From positions 6,800-70,799 of IMG/VR virus record IMGVR_UViG_3300034079_000027: a DNA stretch of 64,000 bases; one strand, 5' to 3'. Source of the DNA: a virus (taxonomy: Duplodnaviria > Caudoviricetes). The translations under genes and the position numbers were made by a program. Shown here piece after piece: positions 37,620 through 48,016 of this stretch (positions within the stretch are counted from its first letter, which is position 1; every line of letters starts with the position of its first letter). The notes below the pieces were generated by a model, which worked only from the letters and a program-made list of their open reading frames with translations, was not told where the DNA came from and ran no database searches.

Positions 37620-38501
37620 ATGAAGACTGATACACCTATTCCAGAAGAGGATGAAATGCAGCCAGAAACCAACCTGACGCAGCAAGAAGCCCCCGTAGAA
37701 GAAACCCCAAGCCCTGAGGCGTTAAGTCCTATGGATGAGGCCGCAACAGAAGTGCCGGGGGAAACAACAGAACCTACCGAAAATGCGGATGCCATTACGG
37801 AAAAAATACTACGCTTCTTTCCTGACGCTGACGTATCGACCCCGGAGGCCAAACTTGCAGCAGCAGACCGCTTATTAGGCGCACTTATCCCAATCCATGA
37901 TAAGGTTTATGATTTAGCAGAAACTTCGCCAGAAGCCGCCGCTACATTAAATGACTGGATGGAAACCGGATCGCTACCCAAAGCCATTGCCCGGAACTAC
38001 GACCCTGAAGAGGTACGCCTATTGGTTGATGAGATCAATGACGCTTCATACGACGAAGACCGCAATACTTTCTCCCAGAAGAACCAACAGCGCAAAGAGC
38101 GTGAAACCAAACTGAAAGGCAATTTGGAAATCTCGCTCACCGAAATTGCTACTTACATGGAAGAAAAGAAGGACTGGGACGAAAAGAAAGCAGACGAGTT
38201 TGCTGAGTTCGTGAAAAAGCACTACGAAGACGGGTGGGATGGACTTATCGGCAAGAAAGACCTTTCCATGCTTGAAAAAGGGTTTGTTTATGACGATGCA
38301 GTAGCCGACGCAGAAACAAATGGAAAAATTGCCGGACGCAACGAACAGATTATCGAAGGCAAGAAATCTAAGAAAGACCTTGAAAAACTCTTACCGGAAC
38401 TTTCAGGCGGAGGAGCAACCGCAGAAACCGACCAAAAGCCAGAAAACTCGTTTATGAGCGGCTTGAAATCATTAGCAGACAAAAAACCAATTTTAAGTTA
38501 A
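37620..38501 (+). CDS. Putative capsid scaffolding protein
   Basis: Acidic helical 293 aa directly upstream of capsid gene. Confidence 0.6.
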   Translation: MKTDTPIPEEDEMQPETNLTQQEAPVEETPSPEALSPMDEAATEVPGETTEPTENADAITEKILRFFPDADVSTPEAKLAAADRLLGALIPIHDKVYDLAETSPEAAATLNDWMETGSLPKAIARNYDPEEVRLLVDEINDASYDEDRNTFSQKNQQRKERETKLKGNLEISLTEIATYMEEKKDWDEKKADEFAEFVKKHYEDGWDGLIGKKDLSMLEKGFVYDDAVADAETNGKIAGRNEQIIEGKKSKKDLEKLLPELSGGGATAETDQKPENSFMSGLKSLADKKPILS

Positions 38502-38518
38502 ACATCAAAACAAAGAAC

Positions 38519-39871
38519 ATGAAAACGAAAACACAACGGACGGGTCGATTCCTTTTAGGACTTGTACTGTCGATTATCATGGTTGCATTGTGTTTCCCGA
38601 CACTTGCACTAATTCCTGCCGCCGGGATAGTACTCGGTTCAGCATCAGCAGCAGCAACGATTCAGGACACTGTAACCACTCAGAACTTAGATGCCGCAGC
38701 TACCAATTTGTTGCGCCCTGAGATTTCAAACCTTATCAGTAAGGTTCGGAGAGACATTTATCCATTGGACACTATCATGCGTGAAGTGGGTAAAGTGCGA
38801 AAGATCAACTCTTTAGAGTGGAAGTATTACACTAAGGACGAGCGTGGTATTCAGGACGAAACTACCGCAGCCTATGTTTATGCCGGAGCGCAGAGTGCCT
38901 CACTCCCTGTAACTAATCCTCAGTATTGGACATCACACGACATTGCTATTATCCCCGGAGTAAACGGTGGTGACGGTAAAAAACTCAGGTGTTTAGTTTC
39001 CAGTGTGGACATGACCAATAACCGCATCGTTGTGACTCCGGTAAACGGACGTGACGCTGCCGGGACTGCCCTTGGTAATTTTATGCCTGCCGTTGGTAAC
39101 GGAGTAAGTATTTCTAGGATTGGTAATGGTCACGGACAGACTGACGCACAGACCGACCCAGTAGAAATCGCACCTTATGACACCTTTAACTACTCACAGA
39201 TTTTCATGTGTCAGGTTGAAGAATCATTGGTAAACAAGCAGCATTTAAAAGAAGTTGACTTGGGTATCATGGATTATAAGGAAGATGCGATCATCGACAT
39301 GAGAGCGCAGGGCGAGTTAGCCATGTTGTTTGGTTATCCTAAAAAGGATTTCTACGATCCTAACCTGAGAAAAACCATTAGTATGGTTGGGGGTGCTGAC
39401 TACTTTATCACAAAAGAAAAAGAGTACACCAAATCTGCCGCTATTACCAATGCAATTTTCAACGCTTGGGCTAAATACATCTTCACCGGGAATAATGGTT
39501 CGGACAAACGCTTGTTGTTTGCAGGAAACGGCCTGTTGGAAAGACTTATGAACGCTGACCTAGTGCAGAAACAGTTACAGGCAGGTTCTACTGAAATCGT
39601 TGCAGGTATCAAATTTACCCGTATCGAAACCATCTTCGGACAGTTGCTTATCCGCAGACACCAAATCTTTGATGAAGTGTACGGCTATACCGATAACGGT
39701 CTTGTTCTGGACTTGGAACACATCGAAAGAGGTATTTACGAAGCAACAACCGTAACCGATCTGGAACTGGATAAAACAGGCCAGAAACGTGTTGAGGCAA
39801 AACGTATTCTTGAACATTGGTCTATGGCCTTCAAGAATCTGGAAACACATTGTTGGCTTAAAGGCGTGTAA
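38519..39871 (+). CDS. Major capsid protein with hydrophobic N-terminal leader
   Basis: ISKVRRDIYPLDTI..SLEWKYY, FNYSQIFMCQV, FTGNNGSDKRLLFAG recalled from Bacteroidota podophage capsids; position after scaffold. Confidence 0.8.
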   Translation: MKTKTQRTGRFLLGLVLSIIMVALCFPTLALIPAAGIVLGSASAAATIQDTVTTQNLDAAATNLLRPEISNLISKVRRDIYPLDTIMREVGKVRKINSLEWKYYTKDERGIQDETTAAYVYAGAQSASLPVTNPQYWTSHDIAIIPGVNGGDGKKLRCLVSSVDMTNNRIVVTPVNGRDAAGTALGNFMPAVGNGVSISRIGNGHGQTDAQTDPVEIAPYDTFNYSQIFMCQVEESLVNKQHLKEVDLGIMDYKEDAIIDMRAQGELAMLFGYPKKDFYDPNLRKTISMVGGADYFITKEKEYTKSAAITNAIFNAWAKYIFTGNNGSDKRLLFAGNGLLERLMNADLVQKQLQAGSTEIVAGIKFTRIETIFGQLLIRRHQIFDEVYGYTDNGLVLDLEHIERGIYEATTVTDLELDKTGQKRVEAKRILEHWSMAFKNLETHCWLKGV

Positions 39872-39873
39872 TC

Positions 39874-40317
39874 ATGGCTTTACGCAAGAAATATCAATCT
39901 CTAGGCGGTAACCCCTTATCCATCGACCTGATGGTAGGGGGTCGCTTCCAGACCATTGAATTTAAAGGAGGAATGAAATTCCCAGTTGCACGGTTGCCTT
40001 TGTTTGCCACTTCAGACCCAGAAGTAATACAAGCACTTGAAACCTACCCCGGATATAAACTATCATATGCCTTAATCGGCTCTGAGAATTTGGATGAACC
40101 CGTACCACTGGAGACTCTGAATGAACAGATTTTAAAAGGCTTGGATGAATTTACCGGAGAACTGGTAACAGTCTGTTTACCATCGTTAAGTGCAGCCAGA
40201 TTACATTTAAAAAACAATTGCAATGAAGTAGTCCGTGTAGATACCAGAAGGGTACAATTAAATGAAGTCTTTCTGAAACACGGGCTTATTCTGAAGTTAG
40301 AAACCGATAAAAATTAA
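39874..40317 (+). CDS. Hypothetical virion-associated protein
   Basis: Directly after capsid gene. Confidence 0.5.
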   Translation: MALRKKYQSLGGNPLSIDLMVGGRFQTIEFKGGMKFPVARLPLFATSDPEVIQALETYPGYKLSYALIGSENLDEPVPLETLNEQILKGLDEFTGELVTVCLPSLSAARLHLKNNCNEVVRVDTRRVQLNEVFLKHGLILKLETDKN

Positions 40318-40322
40318 ATATT

Positions 40323-40625
40323 ATGACACGGGAACAATTTATTACCAAACATGCCACCGGGGGAATCCTTGGTGACGAATCAGCCTTAAAGCTTAAACTG
40401 GCTTTCTTGGCAGGATTGGCTTACGACAGTCTGAAATTTAAAGGAGCAGCAACAGCCGCCGTTATTGCCGCCGCCGTTGAACCTATGAACGGAGACACTT
40501 ACGTTGTGGCAACCACTGGGGGTACATTAAACACAGCAGGTGACGCAATTACCACTACTGTTGGTGATGTTGTGTATTACAACGAACCTACCGGGCTGTG
40601 GGCTTTCTTGGTGAACGTGGCCTAA
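40323..40625 (+). CDS. Putative head decoration protein
   Basis: GDTYVV..GDVVYYN..W motif; last gene before the capsid-operon terminator. Confidence 0.45.
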   Translation: MTREQFITKHATGGILGDESALKLKLAFLAGLAYDSLKFKGAATAAVIAAAVEPMNGDTYVVATTGGTLNTAGDAITTTVGDVVYYNEPTGLWAFLVNVA

Positions 40626-40648
40626 GCCGAACGCTATTTAATCGAAAT

Positions 40649-40684
40649 AAAGCCTTGTCTGACTTAACCGGGCAAGGCTTTTTT
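40649..40684 (+). terminator. Rho-independent terminator after capsid genes
   Basis: AAAGCCTTGTC/GGCAAGGCTTT plus T-run. Confidence 0.75.
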
Positions 40685-40706
40685 ATTACCCTTTAAAACA
40701 GAACCC

Positions 40707-41477
40707 ATGAGTACATTATCAGAAGAACGGATCAGGTTAGACGCAGCGATTAAAGCACTGTTAGAAGGGTTATACTTAGAGACAGGCGGGGGAACCATTA
40801 TTAATGCGCCAATTTCAAATGTGCGTATTCACATTATCAACTATGTGAAAGCCAAACTCGATGAAATAATTCCCGAATCAGAGGGGTTGTTTTACAACCT
40901 ATCATCAAACCCCAATGTCACGAACCCTTATGACTTGCTGATTAATGCCCATTTGGAAGAATCAACCAAAGACGTTAAGCTATCTGCCCCCCTGCAAGTG
41001 TTAAGCTCTAAAGCGGCTTCAGCTACCACCGGAGTACATACCGGGCAAGAAAAAACCGGATATGTGGTACTCCCGGTTGATTACCTCCGTTTATCGTCGT
41101 TTAAAATGGCAGACTGGGAACGGGAAGTAACAATACCAATAACACCACAAGACCCTAAATATAAAAGGCAATCTGTTCCTTTTTTACGTGGAGGTTTAGT
41201 AAAACCCGTTGCAGTATTAAACTGGAGGCAGATAACAGAGGCACAAGTAACCACGATGCGGCGGGTCTTGGAATACTACTCAGTGGACACCTCGCACACG
41301 GTTGAAAAGCTATTCTATGTAGCCGAAACCATAGCAGAAGACTTTATCGCAGTAAACCCAGACCTTTTAGATGCACTAGCATGGACTTGCGCAGGTAAGA
41401 TTATGCAGATCATAGGCCAGATGGATGCCTCGAAACTGGCAATGGAACGTGTTAAACTTTCATACATAGGATTATGA
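40707..41477 (+). CDS. Putative head-tail adaptor
   Basis: GYVVLPVDYLRLSSFKMADWER..GGLVKPVAV; position. Confidence 0.5.
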   Translation: MSTLSEERIRLDAAIKALLEGLYLETGGGTIINAPISNVRIHIINYVKAKLDEIIPESEGLFYNLSSNPNVTNPYDLLINAHLEESTKDVKLSAPLQVLSSKAASATTGVHTGQEKTGYVVLPVDYLRLSSFKMADWEREVTIPITPQDPKYKRQSVPFLRGGLVKPVAVLNWRQITEAQVTTMRRVLEYYSVDTSHTVEKLFYVAETIAEDFIAVNPDLLDALAWTCAGKIMQIIGQMDASKLAMERVKLSYIGL

Positions 41478-42403
41478 CCTTTACCGAAGAACAATTTGAC
41501 GCAGCCATAGCTGCACTCAGAACAGAGATCGAAAAGATGGTATCGTCGGTAAACCGAAGGTTTTACCTTAATGACGGATCGACTTTCCCCGACGAAGGGT
41601 TAGCCGAAATGCCGGGCGTTACATGGACAGACGAAGCCCAGGTTTTAGCTGTTATCCCTGAAGGTTCCAGAACAGAGTTCTTAACCGTTAATATTGAGGG
41701 TGTTGAGTATTGGTTTAGAAGTGGGGTTTTAGTCGTAAAAGGGCTAGATATGAGCATCCCAGACCACTCGATAACCCTGATTAAATTAATTGATATAGCA
41801 AGCCAGACCTTTATAGGCAGGGATAGCGCAGGTACAGGACAGCCGGAAGTATTGGATGTGCCTACGGTTCTTGAAATGTTGGGGCTAACAAATATCCTTG
41901 CCATGCTAGAGGCTAAAGTGGATAAAGAATTTGGGTATTCGCTTGTTCAGGACGTATTGATCCAATTGATACACGCCCCCCATTCGGACGATCAAGACCT
42001 GAGCCTTTATGTATTAAAAGACGGCGATAAAGTATTATCGGACAATAATTACACCGACGAGGAAAAGGCGAAACTAGCCTCTTTGCACCAAGATATTTAC
42101 ACCATTACTTTACCCCAATACGGAACCGTTGCAGAACGTTGTTCAAACGCTGTTGTTACCGTTGATTATCCGACGGGTTGGGTCTTGGACGAAGATATAA
42201 ACCCGAACGACATTTCGATAACCCACACCTTAGGGCGACGGATCGTGGACGTAAAAGTATTGTATGTTGACAACGGGGAAGAAACAATCCTGACAGGCAA
42301 TTTAGCCTATTCCGGGTTTACAGCCAAAACCAACAACCGATTAGTGATTAGGAATCTGGCAACTATTGGTTATCCGATTGTAGTACACTTAATCTTCGCC
42401 TAA
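41474..42403 (+). CDS. Tail/fibre structural protein
   Basis: KVLSDNNYTDEEKAKLASL motif common in Bacteroidota phage fibres. Confidence 0.55.
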   Translation: MTFTEEQFDAAIAALRTEIEKMVSSVNRRFYLNDGSTFPDEGLAEMPGVTWTDEAQVLAVIPEGSRTEFLTVNIEGVEYWFRSGVLVVKGLDMSIPDHSITLIKLIDIASQTFIGRDSAGTGQPEVLDVPTVLEMLGLTNILAMLEAKVDKEFGYSLVQDVLIQLIHAPHSDDQDLSLYVLKDGDKVLSDNNYTDEEKAKLASLHQDIYTITLPQYGTVAERCSNAVVTVDYPTGWVLDEDINPNDISITHTLGRRIVDVKVLYVDNGEETILTGNLAYSGFTAKTNNRLVIRNLATIGYPIVVHLIFA

Positions 42404-43614
42404 TGAAGCCCGAAACCCAATACCTAGCGACGGTCAATTACAGCATAACGGTTAAAGACGTGGTGTTATTGACCCCGGAAACCGAATTAGCCCCGGCAAC
42501 CTACCAAGTAACACATAAACCTATCGACCTAAACGAAGACGGTGCGTTGCTCCCAGTGGAGGTTGATTTTTATTTATGCGACTACGCCGGACATAGGTAT
42601 CGGTTTATATCGGTAAATGGGAACGAGGGTATTGTGGAAGACGTATTGCGCTGCCATGTTGGGCCGTGTGTTGAAATGACTGGGATCATCTACAAATCGG
42701 TAGGTAGTGGTGTTGCCCCATTTATAGCCCCTATAAACTATTCGTTACTCGACCGGACAGCCAAAGATTACGGGGAAAAGATTGATAACGACATTCAGTG
42801 GAAATACCCCAATAATGTGAATATCAAATGGCATCAGGAAGGGTTAAGTTTTACCAGTGACCCTGCCGACCGGAAGATTGTAACCTATACCGCAGGAAGT
42901 CTTTCGCATCATTTATGGTATTTATTGTCACGCTATAAAGTATTGGAAGTTGTAGGCCGGATAAATTACCATCCTGAACGCTTTTGGTCTTTCACAGGGA
43001 ATACAACAACCCTTGCATCGACCGCAAAACATTACATCTACGGCAAGATACCTTACGCAGAAGAGTTAACCACCGGGGAAATCGTTATTGCAACCGACTA
43101 TCGCCATGAACATTACTATGAAGGCTATATTTTAATCCTTTTAGGTGTTTATGAATCCCCTGATTTTACCATGCTTTACGGCGGGGTATCTTCAGGTGGA
43201 GAAACGCATCCACCCGTAACCATTGCCGCAGGATCGGAAAGCCGGGGAAGTATAGATGCGAACCAAGTGTTAACGATTAACGAGCAAACAACAACCGACC
43301 AAGATTATATTGGTTTCGTCTCCCAAACAGGAACCGCAGACCCCACTGCCATAGTACCTAAAAACACCATTGGAGTTATTACTTTAAGCCGAACAGCCGT
43401 GGGGACTTACCAATTTAATTCCTCCGGGCTATTTACTGTGGATAAAACCGCCCCCATTGACGATATAATGATGGATCAACTAGGGAACCTTTATACATTA
43501 AATTGGATCAGCACGAGCGTTTTAGAACTTAAAACTTATGCGGCTGCGAATATATCTGTTTTAGCAGACGGGGTATTAAATAAACGATACATTAATATAA
43601 CCATATACCCATAA
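42403..43614 (+). CDS. Tail fibre-associated protein
   Basis: C-terminal YIGFVSQTGTADPTA..NTIGVITLSRTAVGTY domain. Confidence 0.5.
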   Translation: MKPETQYLATVNYSITVKDVVLLTPETELAPATYQVTHKPIDLNEDGALLPVEVDFYLCDYAGHRYRFISVNGNEGIVEDVLRCHVGPCVEMTGIIYKSVGSGVAPFIAPINYSLLDRTAKDYGEKIDNDIQWKYPNNVNIKWHQEGLSFTSDPADRKIVTYTAGSLSHHLWYLLSRYKVLEVVGRINYHPERFWSFTGNTTTLASTAKHYIYGKIPYAEELTTGEIVIATDYRHEHYYEGYILILLGVYESPDFTMLYGGVSSGGETHPPVTIAAGSESRGSIDANQVLTINEQTTTDQDYIGFVSQTGTADPTAIVPKNTIGVITLSRTAVGTYQFNSSGLFTVDKTAPIDDIMMDQLGNLYTLNWISTSVLELKTYAAANISVLADGVLNKRYINITIYP

Positions 43615-45530
43615 TGGCAACAGGATTTACCAAACCTCTGGGAAAGATTGGACACGTACTGACACAGTATAAGGAGTGTTTAAAAGCGACTCTGGCCTTT
43701 GCAAGCAATTCCGGGGGATTAAGTGTTATTTCTTGTGGTTCGATTACCGGGATAGGCACAATTACCGGGTATGTAATAGAGTGGCGTTTAAACAGCATAA
43801 CCGGGCCAATCGTTTTACTCACCGGGTATAATCCCGACGTAACAGTGAATGCCACACATCCATTTGTGAATGAACCAGTACAGAGTGGAAACTTATACGC
43901 CGTTGTGCGGTATATCATCATTGATGGAATAAGGTATTCTCCTTATTTTAGACTTGGACAATTCAGCCCGGACTTAAAGATTTGTTTTAATTATGTGAGT
44001 GTATCTGGGCTTAATTGCGGAAACCCAACACGGACAATAAACACATATAATATATTTTACGGGCATATATTTACTTACAACAACGCATCTGACCCTGCGG
44101 TAAACGCTAGTCGCAATATAAAATTTGATCTAAACGCCGACGGAACTACCAGATTTATTGCTTGGAAATTTACCGGATACGATGTTGTGGATAGGATTAC
44201 CTTAAATTATTACCACGCTAACGATATTGATAACCCGATTGAGGTTAGCGACTGGGAGCAGGGAACGAATTTACCTGCTGACGATTGGATAGGGAACCCT
44301 AAAAAGAGAGATTATTATTCAAGTGTTGCGATTGTTAACGACCTTACGGTCTATAATTTTCAGGCCGGGGATTATTTAGTGTTTACTGTGACCCCCAGAG
44401 TATATGAGCCTACCAATACGAATACAAACTGGGTTCTTGAAATACAATGCCTTACCTCTTTTGATGATTACATCCCCCCAGTAGGGTCAAGGACTATCGA
44501 CCCAAGCACCGTCGAAGTTACCTACGATACAGGAGCTTGTAAATTTATTTACTCTTTCAAAACAATACAACCATATATATTTCCAGATAGGTACAGGTGG
44601 TATATGGACGGAAGGTTTATAAACGCAGCTGAAATGAATCCCAACGGGAATTATCCTTGGTACAATAAAGTTACCCAAAGAATATATGTTCCCATACCAC
44701 AGGGAATAGATTGGATCACTGGATCATACCCCGCTATGGGTGGTTGTAGAGCAAATGCAGGAACAATGCGCACCATTAAAACGGGCAATGTTATAACGAT
44801 GACTTTCACCTCTTCAGTTGATTACGACCTTTACAAAGCCAGTTATAATTCTGTAATAACTAATGGCAACTGGACTAATTATACTTCTGATGTCAATAGT
44901 TATAACCATTATAAATTAATGCGTTTAATGAACAGAAATGGGAATACCTGCGGAGACACATATACTGATACTCACCTCTATTTGCCTTATAATACGGGAT
45001 TTGTATTTGATGATGTAAACCACATAATAACCATAAACATGGTTCTGTCTGTAAACGACAGACCTTGGGTTGCTTGTGATAATGCTTATAACAGATGGAA
45101 CTCAGACGTTCAAGTAATGAACGCTTATTATAATCTTGCCGATTTTGATATTACATCTTCCATTTCATATACTACCCCTTTTTTAATGCAATTTCATTAT
45201 CTCTGGGATTTAAGACAAACATCTAAATCAGGCTCTCTTTATTATGGAGTTATGAATAGAGCGTTAGTAGAAATTACCCCTCCTACCGGGTGGCATCAAT
45301 TGTGGTATCCGTGGTCTTGGGGCAATGAATTTGCGTTTCAACTTTTTTGTGGTGTCGTAACCATAACCGACATATCGGACGGAATGAATAATTTCAAAAT
45401 AGAAACATGGTTGAAAGAAGACGGAACCTATTATCCGTCAGGGACTCCCGATTTAGTCTTAGCTCGGATAAGTAATAAAGAAACAGCCGCAGCAACCGAA
45501 ACAACAGACGCAACAATTATACCCGCATGA
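43614..45530 (+). CDS. Putative receptor-binding / tail spike protein
   Basis: 638 aa beta-rich, N/Y/W/T-rich, visibly AT-rich C-terminal half. Confidence 0.5.
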   Translation: MATGFTKPLGKIGHVLTQYKECLKATLAFASNSGGLSVISCGSITGIGTITGYVIEWRLNSITGPIVLLTGYNPDVTVNATHPFVNEPVQSGNLYAVVRYIIIDGIRYSPYFRLGQFSPDLKICFNYVSVSGLNCGNPTRTINTYNIFYGHIFTYNNASDPAVNASRNIKFDLNADGTTRFIAWKFTGYDVVDRITLNYYHANDIDNPIEVSDWEQGTNLPADDWIGNPKKRDYYSSVAIVNDLTVYNFQAGDYLVFTVTPRVYEPTNTNTNWVLEIQCLTSFDDYIPPVGSRTIDPSTVEVTYDTGACKFIYSFKTIQPYIFPDRYRWYMDGRFINAAEMNPNGNYPWYNKVTQRIYVPIPQGIDWITGSYPAMGGCRANAGTMRTIKTGNVITMTFTSSVDYDLYKASYNSVITNGNWTNYTSDVNSYNHYKLMRLMNRNGNTCGDTYTDTHLYLPYNTGFVFDDVNHIITINMVLSVNDRPWVACDNAYNRWNSDVQVMNAYYNLADFDITSSISYTTPFLMQFHYLWDLRQTSKSGSLYYGVMNRALVEITPPTGWHQLWYPWSWGNEFAFQLFCGVVTITDISDGMNNFKIETWLKEDGTYYPSGTPDLVLARISNKETAAATETTDATIIPA

Positions 45531-45862
45531 GCCGACTAACCGAAATATATGAAGGTTGGAAAAACTACCTTTTCCCGACCCCGGAGATTGAAGCCTTAGC
45601 AAAGGAACGCATGGCAGTTTGTGTGACGTGCGAGTTTCTGAACAGCTTAAATATTTGTACCCGGTGCAGTTGCCCTACCGCAGGGAAAGCCCGAAGCCCT
45701 GAAAGTATCTGTTTAGAAGGGAAATGGAACGACAATAAGCCAGAGGTTGCCTTAATACAAAACCCAGACACCCCGGACGTTCCGATGGAATACTTTAGTT
45801 CCTCAGACGAGTATATCCAATTCCTAAAGAATAACGATCCAATTTCACCCATAAACAGGTAA
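45527..45862 (+). CDS. Cys-rich small phage protein (DUF6171-like)
   Basis: RMAVCVTC..CTRCSC..KA..C..GKW. Confidence 0.6.
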   Translation: MSRLTEIYEGWKNYLFPTPEIEALAKERMAVCVTCEFLNSLNICTRCSCPTAGKARSPESICLEGKWNDNKPEVALIQNPDTPDVPMEYFSSSDEYIQFLKNNDPISPINR

Positions 45863-45914
45863 AAAACAACTCATTAATCCTTAACAAATAGCAAATATTG
45901 AGAGCATTAAAACA

Positions 45915-46190
45915 ATGCTTAATGCTATTGCTATGACTGTTGACAAGAAGGAAATAATAACCATACCTAAATATTTGGTAATCATAGTTGTCCCAATTAT
46001 AGTGTCGGTTTTAAGCTCGCTAATTACCGATGCAACCACAAAAGCGACCTTGGAAACAAAAATAACAAAGCAAGACCAAGAGATTCAGCAATTATTTGAG
46101 ACAAAGACCGACCGGACGGAGCAGACCTTAATAATGAAGTCGTTAGACCGGATCGAAGCCAAGCTCGATGGACACATTGATAAAAAATAG
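45915..46190 (+). CDS. Single-TM coiled-coil protein of the lysis region
   Basis: TM YLVIIVVPIIVSVLSSLI then coiled coil. Confidence 0.5.
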   Translation: MLNAIAMTVDKKEIITIPKYLVIIVVPIIVSVLSSLITDATTKATLETKITKQDQEIQQLFETKTDRTEQTLIMKSLDRIEAKLDGHIDKK

Positions 46191-46434
46191 CGGTATGAAA
46201 TTTTTCCTCTGGCTTGCATCTGCGATTGAAGACAAACAAGGGAGTATCTCTTCAAAGCGATTAGGTTTTTTCTGGTGCTTATGGATGCTTAACCGGGCAG
46301 TAGTAACGCCGAATATTAATGAAATAGTTATCTGGGCCGTTGTGGGCTTGGCTTTTGGCCTCGCCGGGCTTACAATCCCTGAGTGGTTTAGTAACATTAA
46401 AAAACCGAAAGATGAACCTACGGACAAAAATTGA
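46168..46434 (+). CDS. Putative holin
   Basis: SSKRLGFF followed by two hydrophobic segments, charged C-terminus. Confidence 0.55.
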   Translation: MDTLIKNSGMKFFLWLASAIEDKQGSISSKRLGFFWCLWMLNRAVVTPNINEIVIWAVVGLAFGLAGLTIPEWFSNIKKPKDEPTDKN

Positions 46435-46984
46435 AGTGGCTGTATTTGTGATCCTGTTTTTTTCAGTGGTTTTCCTTTTGAAGGTGAACAAGCTCAATAA
46501 AGAGCAAGCCGACCGACAGACCGCAAATGTTGAAAACCTGACCAAAGCACACGAACAAGAGTTGACCTTAACCCATGCCGAATTTGAGAAAGCGGACGTG
46601 TGGTGGAAGTATAAAATAGACTCGCTCACCAAGGCTAATAAAATTAAGCCTAAACAGGTCAAATCAGCCACGATTATACGCACCGAATACAAAGATACCG
46701 GATCGGTAAAGATCGTCTATAAAACCCCGATAGGAGAACCCAAAAAAGGCTATGTGATTCCGGTAAGTTATGCCGACTCCTGTTGGGGAATGAAAGGAAC
46801 GCTATTAAGTACCGACCCGAACTCAAAACTAGATATTACCGAACGCACCGCAGTTAATTCTGCCCAACTCTTAGTTACCCAAAAACGGTTCTTAGGCTTT
46901 TTGTGGAGAAAAAAGAAACAAACCTTTAAAGCTTACACCGACTGCGGGGAGATTGACTTTACCAAAATTGAATTTACCAAATAA
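46412..46984 (+). CDS. Putative inner-membrane spanin-like protein (DUF6549-like)
   Basis: N-terminal TM, coiled coil, two Cys; follows holin. Confidence 0.45.
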   Translation: MNLRTKIEVAVFVILFFSVVFLLKVNKLNKEQADRQTANVENLTKAHEQELTLTHAEFEKADVWWKYKIDSLTKANKIKPKQVKSATIIRTEYKDTGSVKIVYKTPIGEPKKGYVIPVSYADSCWGMKGTLLSTDPNSKLDITERTAVNSAQLLVTQKRFLGFLWRKKKQTFKAYTDCGEIDFTKIEFTK

Positions 46985-46995
46985 AAACAATCACA

Positions 46996-47589
46996 ATGGA
47001 ACGATTAAACGCAAAAGAAAACACCGGGGCAACCGTATTAAGAGGCTCTGGTATGAATGAAGAGTTACACGTAAAAGGCCGCTATTTTGCCCAGTGTTTC
47101 GATAAAGACGGGAACCTGAAATGGGAAGACCATATTGACAACGTTGTAACCGACGTAGGCGCAAACCAATTACTTGACAGTGCTTTCGGAGCAGGGCCAG
47201 TAGCCGGGCCATTTTTAGGCTTGATTTCTTCAGTAGGGTACGCCTCTGTACCTGTCGTAGCCAACACCATGGCCTCACACGCCACTTGGACTGAAGCCGG
47301 AAACGGTGTAAACTATCCAAACTGGAGTACCCCCGCATCGAACGCCCGTGCATCTATGACCTTCTCAGCCGCAGCCGGACGTGCTAAAGCTTTAACCGCA
47401 GCCGTATCGTTTGTAATCGCTACTAACGGTGGAACCGTAAAAGGCTGTTTCGTAGTATTTGGAACAGGCGCAGTAGCTACTAACGCCAGTACTGCCGGAG
47501 TATTGTACTCTGCCGGGTTATTCTCCGGGGGCGACAAAGTGTTGCAGATTGGGGACACCCTTCAGGTAAGTTACTCAACTTCAGTATAA
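46996..47589 (+). CDS. Virion fibre-base structural protein (NVVTDVG..HATWTE..GDTLQVSY family)
   Basis: Family recalled from diverse aquatic phages, usually upstream of E-x5-D repeat fibres. Confidence 0.6.
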   Translation: MERLNAKENTGATVLRGSGMNEELHVKGRYFAQCFDKDGNLKWEDHIDNVVTDVGANQLLDSAFGAGPVAGPFLGLISSVGYASVPVVANTMASHATWTEAGNGVNYPNWSTPASNARASMTFSAAAGRAKALTAAVSFVIATNGGTVKGCFVVFGTGAVATNASTAGVLYSAGLFSGGDKVLQIGDTLQVSYSTSV

Positions 47590-47593
47590 GGCT

Positions 47594-48016
47594 ATGTTGT
47601 ATAGTTACCCAAAATTAAGCGAAGGCGGTTACAGATGGAATTGTCTGCAACGTATTTTAAATACTATTGGAATTGAACCAACGGGGTTAAGCGATATAGG
47701 AGCAGAAACCGTAGTTGATTTTTCCAGAGAATTAACAGAGCAAGAAAAAACCATACTTGATTCTGTAATGGCAGATAACCCTTGTTATCCTCCTTCGCTT
47801 ACGGGTAGCCGTTTTATTATTGCCGATGTATGGAATCGTCGAGCAGAAATATTTAGTGATATTGGATATGAGTATGATGTTTATTATTCTGAGTCAATTC
47901 CGGGAAGTAATAATATTGACCAGATAGAACTACATTTTAACCAGTCATTGACTTTAGACCAGATTAATAAAGTAATGAACGCATACAGCAACTTAATAAG
48001 GCTCGATAATGGCTAA
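47594..48016 (+). CDS. Hypothetical protein of fibre cassette
   Basis: Two similar halves (DFSRELTEQEK / HFNQSLTLDQI). Confidence 0.5.
   Translation: MLYSYPKLSEGGYRWNCLQRILNTIGIEPTGLSDIGAETVVDFSRELTEQEKTILDSVMADNPCYPPSLTGSRFIIADVWNRRAEIFSDIGYEYDVYYSESIPGSNNIDQIELHFNQSLTLDQINKVMNAYSNLIRLDNG

Noticed and set aside
43614-45530. Diversity-generating retroelement acting on the receptor-binding protein
   Set aside because: No reverse transcriptase and no adenine-variant repeat pair seen in the window; cannot exclude one outside it
46412-46984. Embedded Rz1-type outer-membrane lipoprotein gene
   Set aside because: No alternative-frame ORF with a lipobox found by eye
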